Assembly: GCA_050613775.1 (NCBI GenBank)
Contig: JBODTK010000138.1
Coordinates: 1-64,000 of the forward strand
Source of the DNA: Neocallimastix sp. 'constans'
Taxonomy: Eukaryota
Direction of reading: 5' to 3'
Length of the DNA stretch: 64,000 nt
Part shown: positions 14,521-28,200 of the stretch, in pieces
Position numbering within the stretch: the stretch's first letter is position 1
Layout of the letters: every line of letters begins with the position of its first letter
The notes under the pieces: generated by a model
What the model was told of the DNA's origin: nothing
The model's database searches: none
Seen by the model: the letters and a program-made list of their open reading frames with translations, nothing else
Translations under genes and position numbers: made by a program

Positions 14521-15643
14521 ATCAATAAATATTTAATATTTATTTTATTTGTTTAAAAATGAATAATTAAATAAATAATATATACATGCTTTAAAAAGTT
14601 ATCTTTTATTTATGGGAAGATAATATGGCACAATTGGAAAATAAAATGAAATAAATATATCAAATGGTGAGAAGAAAAAAATAATGACAATAAATTAATA
14701 ATAATAATAATATTAATATTAATAATAATAAACTAATTGTAATGATATTAATAATAATAAACTAATATTAATGATATTAATAATAATAGATAATATTATA
14801 TTAGTATTTACAATATTAATATTTCAAAATAATAAAAATAATACTAATAATAAGTAAGAAATTATTAAAATAAATAATAATAAGCAAAAAATAATAAATA
14901 ATAATATAAATTTAATGAAATAATTAAAAATAAAATACATTATATTAATAATTTTGGTTTAAGTAATAAATAATGAAAAAAATATTAAATAATAATTAAA
15001 TAGAAAAGTATTAATTTTATTTATATTTATATAAAAAATTTAATAAATATAATTAATAAAGAAAAATAGTAAAAAAAAAAATAAATATAAAACATAATAA
15101 AATAAAATAATGAAAAATAATGAAAAGTGAATACAGAACGAAATAAAATTATTAATATAATATTATTTATATTAACTTGTTTTTAATTTTTATTTATTTA
15201 TTTAATTATTTATTTATATATTTATTTATTTATTTAATAGTTTCTGAATTTTTATTTTTATTTTTATTTTACTTTTTAAATAATTTAAAATTTAATTATA
15301 ATAATAGTAACCTTAATTCATAATAAAATTTTATCATTTAAAATAAAAAAAAAAAAAAATTCATAAATTAATATATGCATTTGATTTTATAAAAATTAAA
15401 TTTATATAGATTAAATATCCTAAATGATATAAATTAATGAATATATAAATAGATATTAAATAAATATTCATCAAGAAGAATAGAAAAATTAAATAAATCA
15501 ATTGATATATAAATAAATATTAATAAATTAATTGTTAATTAAAATCATCGTATTAGAATTAAAATATCATAATTTAATATAATATAAAAGTATTTTATTT
15601 TCCCAATATTTTTTTTTTTTTTTTAAAATTTTTTTGCAATTTT

Positions 15644-15684
<41 letters not shown>

Positions 15685-16206
15685 CAATTTTAAATGTTAT
15701 ATTCAAGGAAAATAATAGAAAAAAGAGGAATGAATAATTAAAGAGAAATAAAAAGATGATTTTGTACATATAATATATTTGAATATTTTTTTTATGAAAG
15801 AAAATATATATATTCTATAAAAATTTTGAAAAAATAAAAATAAAATAAGAGAAAAGTTTTTTTTTCAAAAAAACATTATACCACTCCATTAAATATCAAT
15901 TTTTATAGATAATATTTAAAAATATTTTATTTAATAAATAGAAATCATTTTATTTTTTTTTTTAAAAAAAAAAAAAAAAAGCCGATTATTAAAAGATAGA
16001 TTTTTTATTTGAATGTAAAACAAAAGCATAAAAAAAAAAAAAAAAAAAAGAAACAAAAGGATAATAATTATAATAATAGTAATTTCAATAAATAATAAAT
16101 ATTATATTAAAGTTTTTTAACATTTAAATAGTTCATAAATAAACTTGATTCAATAATTAATAAATACAATAATATAACAAATTAATAGCAATAATAATAA
16201 AACAAA

Positions 16207-19200
16207 ATGAAATACATACATAAAGATATATACACTATTTTATTGATTTTAATTGTTTTTTCTTTGAAAATATATTCAGAGAAAACAACAATTCAAATAT
16301 TGATGAAACAATCAGAGGTGCCGAAGAATATTGACACAAAAAATTTTGAAGAAAATTACAATGCAGTTATAAATAGTTTTCTATTAGAAGAATACAAAAA
16401 TAATACCACAATCAATGATATAGAAGTTTCATTTACATTTTATAAAGATAATTCAGAAGGTACAAATAATAATGGAGGTTCAACGTACCTAAATTTTATA
16501 AAGGATAATATACAGGCCTGGACAGAATCAAAATATGATATGGCTATACTGGATGATCGTTATTTATTTAATGAAGAATCTCTAATAGAATCTATTGATA
16601 TAAAAGAATATTTTTATACTGGAATGCCAACGGTGAATCATTTTTTAAATTTATCGCTTTATATAGATAACAAAGATATTGAACACCACAGTTCTGATAG
16701 TTTATATCATAGTCATTTTAAAGATGATTTATACGCTCTTCCCTATGAAAAAGATTTTGATCTTTTATACTTTAACAGTGAAAATGGAAAATCTAGTAAT
16801 ATAACAGAATCCATGAGTTCCATAACCTGGGATGATTTATTAGTATTAATGAATGATAAATCCACGAATCCATTAAAAATAGCCTTAAACGATGATGACT
16901 ACTTATTAAATTTCTTCTTTGAATATATAAATAGTAAATATAACATCTCCAAGGAGAACACCAAAGATTACTATGATCGATTTTATAATGATGATCAATC
17001 TAAAGACCTACTCAATTCATTTAGAAATTTTATCCTTTCCTATTCTTCTCAAAATTTAAATGACACCCTCACCCTTACTCTTGATGATATTTATAATGCC
17101 TATATCAACAAAGAAACTTTTCTTTTCAAAGGAAAAGCTTCTCATTACAATCTTTTTAATGATTTAAATCAAGAAAATAATAGTAAAAATTTGAATGCTA
17201 TTCAAAATAATAATATAAAGATTAATAGTACCAGTAGTAATATTAATAGTATCAATAAAAATATCAATACTAATACTAATACTAATAATAATATTAATAA
17301 TAATATCAATAATAAGTTCAATAATAATAATAATAATAATATGATTAATAATAGTAATATTAATAATAATAATAATAACATAAATCCTACCACTTCCAAC
17401 ACAAAATCAGTTAATAATAATATCAATAATTATAATAATAATAATAATAATAATAATGGTTTCAATTATAACATTAATAACAATAGTATTAATAAAAATA
17501 TGTTTTTATCAAATAAAAATGTCAATACCCCCACCAATATCAATGGCAATACTAATACTAATACCAACACCAACACCAACACCAACACCAATTTCAATAG
17601 TAATATATTGAATAAGAGAAATTCGAATATTTATGATAAAAGAGAAATTAAGAATATGAATCCCATTACTTCAATTATTAATAAAGTCAATAAAAAAGGT
17701 TTTATTGTTAGTCTTCCCCCAAAAAATTATAGTGTTGTCACCGAAAAATATTTAGTATTGAATAAGTATAGTAATGTAGATGCCAAGATACTTGTTGATG
17801 TAGCCCTCAAATTGACATCATTGAAAATGCAAATATTAAGAAGCTACTACTTTGGAAGTATTCCTACTTTTGATATTACTAAAAAAAATTCAGATTCCAA
17901 TATCAAGACCTACTGTGATTTGAAGTCATACATTTGTGATAACTTAGAAAAAATTCAACCCATATATGTGAAAGACATATTTAAATCGGAGTTTAGTTCA
18001 CCGTTTTTTGAGACAAGAGTCATTCTTCCCAAATTTATAAGAAATTTTATAAAAAATAATGATATGGAGTCTCTTCAATTTACTTTAAAGAGTATCAAAA
18101 CATTAGTTGTTGAAGAAATGGGGTTGTATAAAATACATTCTTATATTATTTTCTTTATCTATACTGTTTTTTCAGTATTTATCATTGCTTTTACCTTTAA
18201 ATACAGAAAGCATCCCTACCTAAAAGTTATTTTCCCAGTCTTTTGTATTATAATAATGATCGGTTTTATCATGAATATGCTTTCACTGACCTTCATGTTA
18301 TATATTCCACATTCAACATCAAAATGTAAAATATCCATATTGTACAATACCATCAATCAATGCTTCGTTTATATCCCCATCTTTGCCATTACCTATCGTA
18401 TCTACCTTATCTATAAATCTCAAATCGTCTATACCAAATCTCTGACAAATAAAAATTCATGTATAGCGGTTGGTGTAATGTTTTTTGTCATTTTCATTTA
18501 TAAATACACCGTCATCATGACAAGTAATTTTTATTTCGTATCCTATGGACATATAAATGAAAACCGTTACCCTCAATGTTATTATGATAATCATGATTTT
18601 CATGAGATTATTGATAAAATATCTTTCATTGCTTATGTAAGTTTTTTTTTTTTTTTTTTTTTTTTTTTCTCTCCTCTACAATCTATCTAATAATAATAAT
18701 AATATTAATAATAATAAATTATAAAAAATATATTATAAATAATAAATAATAAATAATAAATAATAAATAATAAATAATAAATAATAATACTAACAATTAA
18801 TATTTATTTATTTATTTATTATAAATATTTTAAATATTTTTAAAAAAAAAAAAATTATTTATATAGATTTTAGGTATGGCCTTTATACTCTTCAGAATAA
18901 ATAAGATATCCAAAAGGATAGGTGAACTCTACTACCTCTACATCATTCTCGGTTTAAATATCACCAATTATTTTGTTGAAAGAAAAGTAGTGACTTCGCA
19001 ATCAAAAAATTTCCCATTGTATTACCTTCTACTTACGATTCTCTATTCTACCGGATGTTTTGTTTGTTTGTATTTCTTAGTAGGAAATAGATTATATTTC
19101 ATTATTGTATATCCTAATGCCTTTGATCAAATAGAAGAATATCTGAATTACAATGCCATTCCAACAAGTAATTATATTCAATTTATTTCCTTAAAGACGG

Positions 19201-19604
19201 ATAAAAATGAATTTAATCGTACTTTCCGTAAGTTTAGAAGAGATAGAAAAAGTATTCCGTATTCCGGTAATGATTATGATATATCGAGAAGTAATCGAGA
19301 TAGTGAAATTTCCAAATATTTACTATTTGGTGGCATAAGTGAATCTAGTGGTACCAGTGGAGTTCTAGTAAAGAATTACATTAATAATAGTAAGAATCAA
19401 TACTCCATATCGAGACATCATCATGGCAGTGGGAAAGGAAAAGGAAATAAATACATGAAAATGACGGATACCTCGAATTCATCAGGTACATTCCATATTG
19501 ATCTCGGAAGTAATATTTCTAATTCAACCTCCTCCTCTAACCATCAAAATCAATTAAGTATTGATTCTAATAATACCTTTATCAATCGTACTTATGATTA
19601 TTAA
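16207..19604 (+). CDS. Class C-like 7TM GPCR with N-terminal solute-binding-protein (periplasmic binding type II) domain; exons 16207-18636 and 18867-19604 (1055 aa)
   Basis: Signal peptide, SBP-like motifs (YDMAILDD, LYALPYEKDFDLLYFN, ITWDDL) and seven hydrophobic segments with class C-like RKHPYLK...PVF and TYRIYLIY. Intron runs gtaagt...tactaac...tag and splices in frame. Confidence 0.85.
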
Positions 19605-20389
19605 AAATAAAATGAAAAAAAAAAAAAAAAAAAAATAAAATAAAATAAAATAAATAATAATAATAAATAATATAATAGTCATTACAAACATTACCATATA
19701 GAATTACAAATTTAAAAAATAGAATAATTTTGAAAAATGAAGTTAATTTATATAGAAAGAAAAACTTTTGTAAAAAAAAAAAAATTATATCTTTTTTTTA
19801 TAAAAAATAATTTACTAAATTTTAAAACTTTTTTTTTTATATTTTATTTTTTAAAATATAAATACTTTGAATTATTAAAAAAAAAATAATAATAATAATA
19901 ATAAAAAAAAAAAAAAAAAAAAATTTTTTTTTCTTTCATTTTTATTGTATATAAGAAATATAAATAAAAATAAAAGTTATAAAAATTAAATTTTAAAAAA
20001 AAACAATGATGCTCTTTTCTTTTCTTTTCTTTATATAATTTCATTATATACTGTTTAAAAAATAATATAATAAAATAAAAATACATAGATAATATGAATA
20101 TTTATAAAATATAAAACATATAAAACATATAAAACATATAAATATTTATAAAAGATAAAACATATAAAAACATATAATTATATTATTATATAAATAATTT
20201 GTAATAAATAAGATTTTGAACTAGTTTTAATTTGTACATATGTTTCATTATTCCATCTTTCTCTCTCTCTCTCTCTCTTTCTCATTATTAATATATAATA
20301 ATATTATTCAAAAAAAAAAAAAATTCAATAAATGGAAAAAAAAAATGAATTATCCCATTGTCTATACCATCCATTATTAATTTAATTCA

Positions 20390-20422
<33 letters not shown>

Positions 20423-20775
20423 TTAAAATTTGAAAGGAAATATTTTCATGAATTTTTTTTTTTAATAAAATTTTTTTTCATTAGAATTTTTATTCATTTA
20501 TTATATATTAATTTTTTTTTAAATAATATATATAAAAAAAAATAAAGAATTAATCATAGGAATTTTTTACTATCTTTTAATTAAAAAAAAAATAATTATA
20601 GATAAGAATTCATCTTTTCTTTTTTTTTTTTAAAAAAAAATATTTCCATAATTTGAAAATCATAAATATAATAATAATATTTAATATATAAATAAAAAAA
20701 AAAAAAAAGATAAAATAGATATAATAATTAGTAAAAATAAACTTGGGTATTTTTTAAAACTTAAAATCATTAATA

Positions 20776-21032
<257 letters not shown>

Positions 21033-21759
21033 GATAATTAATATATTTCCTGAATATAACTGATAACTGATAAATTAAAGGACCATTAGTAAAATAAATA
21101 AAAATAGGTTAATCGAATTGGTTATTAACTTTTAATTAAATAAAATGAAGAAAAGATAAAAAAAAAAAAATTCCACTTTTAATTTTTAAAAAATTCCAAG
21201 AAAGTCTGAAAATCAAGAATATCATGAAAATAATATTAAATTTAATAAAAAAAAAAAATGAAATATAATAGTTATTAAAATAAATAATAAATAATGAAAA
21301 ACTTTTTTAAAATTTAATATAAATTTAATATTTAATGATAATAAAAATAATAATAAAAAAAAGATAATAAAGATAAATAATTAAATAATTGATAACTAAT
21401 GATATTATATAAAAAATCATTATAAATAATAATTAAATTAAAAAATATTTTTAATAATAATAATAATTTTATTAATATAAATGATAAATATTATTTTAAT
21501 ATTATGGGAAATAAAAATGGTCTATTTTTAAAATATTCAAAATTTTTAATAATATTATTATTATAAAATATGATATTAAATTAATAAAAATAATAATTAT
21601 AATATTTAAAGAATTAAATTTTTAATATAAATTAATAGAAATTTTTGAAAAGTAATTGAAACATATTAATTTATGTAGATATAAAAAAAAAAAAAAAAAA
21701 AAAAATTTAAGTTTGTTATTTAATAAAATGTTTTTAAAAAATTTGAAAAATCCATTAAT

Positions 21760-22100
21760 AATAAGAAATCTTCCTAACATAGACTTTTCAGTTTAATTTT
21801 TTTTATTTTTTTTTTTTTTCATTTGATTAATATAATAGAGAATACTGAAATCTCTTTCATAGGGAAGAGCATAGATGTGTCTATTATAATAGCTATCGTT
21901 TAAAATTTCCGGATCATTCAATTTTTTTTTTAAGTTCCTCCTTACTTTATTTAATTTATGAATTCCAAAAGATTATTGATTAAAGGTTTTCTTTTTGTAT
22001 TAAAATATTCTTTAACTACCTATAGGATTTCCATCAATGAATATTCGTTATATAGCATGCTATCATCAAAAATACTCATATCAAAGGTTGAATTTAGCCA
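21760..22100 (-). pseudogene. Decayed paralog fragment of the SBP-GPCR ectodomain
   Basis: WLNSTFDMSIFDDSMLYNEYSLMEIL*VVKEYF and HIYALPYERDFSILYY parallel WTESKYDMAILDDRYLFNEESLIES...KEYF and DLYALPYEKDFDLLYF. Confidence 0.85.
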
Positions 22101-22506
22101 AAAAACTAATCATATTTAATATAAATAAATTATATTCTGAAGTAATGTATACTAATAATTTAAATAATTTATAAATAAATAATAATATATACTTTTAATT
22201 AATTAAAAACATCATTTTTTCTTTTTTTTTTTTTTTTTTTCCAATACAATTATCCGAATAATTAATTTTTTAAAATAAAATATCAAATTTTAAATTATAA
22301 TATTTGTTTTAATGTTATATAAAAAATTTTTAAGTTATTAGATAATAGACTAATAAATAGTAGATAATCCAAATTTATTATAGAATAATTAATAATAAAT
22401 AAATGGAATTCATGCTGAATAATTAATTTTAATTTTATTATCATAAAAAAAATATTTATAATACTTTCTTTTTTTTTACATGATATATATACTAATATTA
22501 TCTATC

Positions 22507-22543
<37 letters not shown>

Positions 22544-22699
22544 TAAATTTTATTATAATTTATCTATAATTATTTAATATTAAATATTATTATTACTTTT
22601 TTACAATTATAATAATTAAATATGTAAATAATATTTAATTAATAATAAAAAAAAAAATATTTTTATAACTTACTCCATCCAATTAATATATATAATATA

Positions 22700-24310
22700 A
22701 TCATGATTTTAGAAGGAAGTAAATATATATCTCTATTGATAATCTTTTAAAGAAGTTATTAATGAAATATATGGATTAAATATGCCTTTTAATGAAACTG
22801 CAGATTCGCTAATGAAATTAAATCGTAGAAATACTATTAAAGAAGAATTTGCCAATAGTCCTATTAACATTTATATCTATGATCTAAGATTTAATTTACA
22901 ATAAAATATATAATAAAACTTGTAAAATTATTTAATGATTGATTAAAATAAATAAATAAAATAAGAACCTAAATATTGATGAGAAATGATGGAATGAAGT
23001 AAAACAATATTTTAAAAGAAAAAAAAAATATTAGTTATTATTATTTTTTTTTTTTTTTTTTTTTTTTAATAAAGGAATAATTTTTCCAATCCAACAGATT
23101 TTATGATCGAATATATTTGGGCAAAATGATAATGAAGACATCCTTCACTAATTACGAAATATTATGGACTTATTATAAAAAAAAAAAATTTGTGATAATT
23201 TAAAAGAGGATTCAAACAAAAAATTATTAATTTCAAATTATTATAAAGATATAGAATATTCTGAGAATGAAAAGATATATATGAATATTTATTTCAGAAG
23301 AAAAAAAAAAAATCATTAAAAAATTGGAAGTGAATTTAATAAGAAGCAACCAGAAATTTGGATGGCAAGATTAAACCCAGGAATAATGGATTATTAAAAG
23401 TGAAAAGAAATTAAAGCCCTCTTTTAAGTAATAATTTAATTCATTTAAGTCTTCAAGGCATAAATATAAAGGGATTAATCGATTTTTATCATTTATAATA
23501 AATAGATTTGAATTATTGAAATATAATGATTTTTATTATATTGATAGTAATATCAATAGTGTTGATAAAAATAGATGTAATAAATTAATGAGAATTTATT
23601 ACCATTGTAAAAATTATGAATTAATTGAATCACTAATTCATGTCAATGTAGAATAATGATGGAAAAACTGCTTTAATGTATACACATATAAGATAATAAT
23701 ATAGATATTAATATTAACATTATAAAAAAAAATTATTAATTAAAAAAAGGTGCCAATGTCTACTTTATTGATAAAAATGGATGAAACGCTATAAATATTA
23801 CGGTGTTTATCATCCAAATAGCGACAATGATTAAATCATTATGGTTATTCCAATGATTTAGATTTAATTATATTAAATAATCAAGGCATGAATCCTTTAA
23901 CGATTGCTTGTCAATTTTCCAAAGACTTAGAATTAATTAAATTATTAATTACAAAAATAAGTATCAATCGACAAGAAAGTGATGAAGGAACCTTATTAGT
24001 GTTATCCATAAAATATAATAAAAATATGAACATTATAAAAAAAAAAATTTTTTTTAACTGAATGAGGTATCGATATAAATATAGAAGACAATAATAAATG
24101 GAATACCTTAATGTATGCTTGTCGTTATTCAGAAAGTTTTACAATTAGTAAAATTAATAGTCAATGCAGGATCAAATATTAATCTACATAATAAAAAATG
24201 GATAGAATTCGTTAATGCACGCTTTTCGATATAATAAAAATATCCATATATAAAAATATCTGATTGAAAGAAGAGCCGATGTGAATTTATTAAACGGTGA
24301 AGTATAACGT
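22700..24310 (+). pseudogene. Ankyrin-repeat pseudogene with unidentified N-terminal portion
   Basis: Broken ankyrin motifs (NDGKTALMY, KGANV, GMNPLTIAC, WNTLMYACRY, VNAGSNIN) at about 23640-24310, with many stops and frameshifts. Confidence 0.75.
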
Positions 24311-24316
24311 GTCTAA

Positions 24317-24320
<4 letters not shown>

Positions 24321-24349
<29 letters not shown>

Positions 24350-24541
24350 CATGAAATTTTTTTTTTTTTTTTTTAATTTTTAACTTCTGGTGTTAGACAA
24401 GGAAGAGAATACACCATCATTTACTTTATTTTTTTTATTATTAAAACATTAATATATTGTATACATTTTAAATGAAAGAAATACGCCTTAAATATATTAA
24501 GATAAAAAAAAAAAAAAACAGAATATAATAAAAAATATATC

Positions 24542-24591
<50 letters not shown>

Positions 24592-24937
24592 AGAATATAA
24601 TAAAAAATGTATCAAATTTAAAAAAAAAATAAAAAAATAAAAAAAATAAAAATAAAAAAAATAAAATAAAATGAAAAAATAAAAATAAAAATGAAAATAA
24701 AATAAAAATAAGAATAAACTTTAATAAAAAAAAATGTAAAGTTAATGTAATACAATAAAAATAAAAAGAAAATTTTAAAATAAATTTTGATATTATAAAA
24801 TGAATCGAGATCATTTCTACCAAAAAACTATTTAATAAAAACATTTCTTTTATTATACCATTCAAAGAGTAACTCAAGAGAGCTTACTAGCAACTAGTAT
24901 AGTGTTGATAAAGTAATTTAATATTTAAGATGTGTCT
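24321..24937 (-). mobile_element. Short poly(A)-tailed retroposed insertion
   Basis: T-run on + at about 24319-24345. An 11-bp direct repeat tgtctaatctt lies at 24310-24320 and 24938-24948. Confidence 0.55.
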
Positions 24938-25178
24938 TGTCTAATCTTAATATTTAAGATGTTGGATAAATAAATATTTTTTTATTTTTTTTTTTCATAT
25001 TTATTTATTTATTTATTTTACTTATTTTATTTATTTATTTACTTATTTATTTATTTTATTTATTTTATTTATTTCTATTAATAATAATTTTTTTTTTCCA
25101 TATTTATTTATTTTATTTTATTTTATTTTATTTCTAATAATAATAATTTTTTTTTTTTTTTTACAGTTAGGGGAAGAT

Positions 25179-25182
<4 letters not shown>

Positions 25183-25222
<40 letters not shown>

Positions 25223-28200
25223 GGCAGCAAACTTGTTTCATCTTTATTAATTAAATATTTGATAAAATACATGTAATAAAATAATAAAAAAAAAAAAAAG
25301 ATAAAAAAATAAACAAAAAATAAAACACAAAATAAAAATAAAATAATGGTATAATATATTCTAGTTTCATTTAATTAATATTTGTAAGACTTCACAAGGG
25401 CATTATTATACTGAAGTATAATAATTAACTTTGACTTCGCAATGTTAATCATAATTTTAAGATACAAAATTATGATCTTCATTGGTTGCGCTAGCCCTGC
25501 TGGCCTGTCTTACTGTTTCTTCAGCATTGACGCTCTTGGTAGTGGTAGTACGATTCGATTTGAACCTATTGAACAAAGACCATTGCTGGCCAATAGCAAT
25601 AGGTATAATCGATTGGAGAAGTGCCGCAGTAACCACTAAGAACGGAGTATCAGAATAAGCACCTGATTTCATCTGGCACTTAAATAGATCCTTCCATTCC
25701 CTTGTACTGTTATTAATACTTCGACCTCCAAGAAGGAAATTAAACACTTTTTCACACACACTAGAATCAATATACACATTATTTTCAATACTATTACTAA
25801 CATTACTAAAAATACTATTACTAATATTATTATTACTATTATAACTATTACTATTATTACTATTACTATTATCATTATTACTATTAATAATATCATTTGT
25901 TAGGTTGCCACGGTAAAAAGCATTATATAAAAATAAAATTTTATCATTAACTTTACTACGAGTATGATTGAAAAAGGGACAATCAATTAACCAATGACTT
26001 ATCCATTGTTTATTACTTTTACAACAGGGACAAAAATTAGGACACATTTGGTCCACTATTTTTGCAGCTTTAGCAATTCTAGCATCTAATCTATATCCGC
26101 TTCGTGCTCTCAATAGCCAATAGAAACCATATGAAAGATCAGGATAGTCATAACAAAGTTTTATAAATTTTGATGTTTCTTCGAATTTGTTTTTGTCATA
26201 AAACTCAGCTTTAATAGAATTGATTTTCATATCTCTTTTCCAATAAAAATCCTTGATTTTATTATCGTTATTACCTCTTTTCTCTAGTTTACGTTTAAGA
26301 GTTCTACTTTCTTTTGTCCATGTATATTTTCTAGATTTTGGAATATTATTAACTAAATAGGAAATAATACAATTTGAATTTTTCCATTTATCAAAACATT
26401 TGACCTGAGACAAAGCACACTTAGCTGACAATGGAGGAATATGTAAATCTTTTGAAATAGAATATACATTAATAAATGATTTGGCTTTTTGTATACCTGC
26501 AATCCATCTTAATCCTTTATTAATTAATTTCTGAATATTATTTGTTCTCGTTTTATTCGAACCAAGTAAAGGTGCAAAGTAAGAGACTTTACTAAGTACA
26601 TAAGAGTTAATTATAATCTTCTTAAATGGAATAGGAATTTTGGAATTTGAAAGAAATTTACTAACAGAAAAGAGAGCTTTAGTTACTTTAGAGTTAAGTA
26701 ATTTAATAATAGGTTTCAACGATAAGCTTTTATCAAATGGTATACCTAAATAGGTATAACATTTAGTTATTGGAATTGGTTGACCAGCAAGATAAAAAGT
26801 AGGATCTCTTTTATTTTGAAAAAGAGGTGTGTCTGGTCGAATCACCATCGTTGCACACTTATTAATTCCAAAATTCATCATATTAAATTTAGCCCATTCA
26901 TTTACCTTCTTAAGCATTTTTTTCAACTTAGTTCTTGACGGTGCGCATAGAACAATATCATCTGCAAAGAGTCCACCACAACATCTAGATTCGCCTAAAG
27001 GAATTCCAAGTTCTGAAACATCATTAAAAATGTCATTAATAAAAAGATTGAAAAGAATTGGTGATAGTGGACAACCTTGTCTAACTCCTTTCATAATATT
27101 AAAAGATTCCGAATATTGATCATCAATTTTAACACTAGCTTTGGATGTCAAATATAGATTTTTTATAAATTGATAACATTTACCTCTAATACCTAAAGCA
27201 TCTAATTTATATAAAATATTACCTATTGGAACAGAATCATATGCCTTTTTTAAATCTAGAAAAGCAAGGTAAGTTTCTTTATTATCATTTTTACGCCTTT
27301 GACAAATTTCTCGAATTGAAATAAATAAACTAACACATTCTTCTTTTGTACGAAATCCAAATTGCTCTGGCCTAATAAAATTATTTTTAAGTCCATATTC
27401 CGAAATTCTTTTGGAGACTATTTTCGAAATGAGTTTAATACCATTGTTAATCAGAGAGATACCTCGATAATTGTCACAATCAGATAGATCATCTCCTTTT
27501 TTAGGAATAGATATAATACTTGCTTCATTCCATGAGCTAGGAAATTCTCCATTCCAAATTCTTGAGTATATCTTCTGTAAACAATTTAAACCAGAAGAAG
27601 AATTATTTACTGAATTTTCGTCATCCGGAGGAATTAAAGCTTTATAAAATTCAATAGGAATTCCATCCGGGCCTGAAGCTTTATAATTTGGAGTAGCTAA
27701 AATTGCTTCTCTAATTTCTTCTATACTGATGTCTTGATTTATATCCCATTCATTGTGTCTCGTATACCTGATTGTTCCATTGGAAAATTTATTAGACCAT
27801 TCGATTAATGCACTATTGATATCAGAATGACTTGAAGCAAGTTTTTTATAGTGATTGTGCCATACTTCTAACTGTTCTTTAGTAGAAGTAGCTAGTTTAC
27901 CATTTTTGTCCTTTACTGGAGAATTTGACATATTTTTAAATTTATCTACTTTTGCTGTTGTTTTAAGCCATTTCCAAGCTTTCTTAGGGTTATGAGATTT
28001 CATATATTCACATCCTGTATTGATCCAATGTTGGTATTCAGTTTTCCTATAAATATTACACATATGATGAATAATTTTACACATTCTATTATATTTATCA
28101 ATTAATTCTTCAAATTCATCTAAATTATGATAAGAACCTCTTCTTTTAATGGATTTATATAATTTCATTTTGAGTTTTTGCAAATTAAATATTTTCTGCG

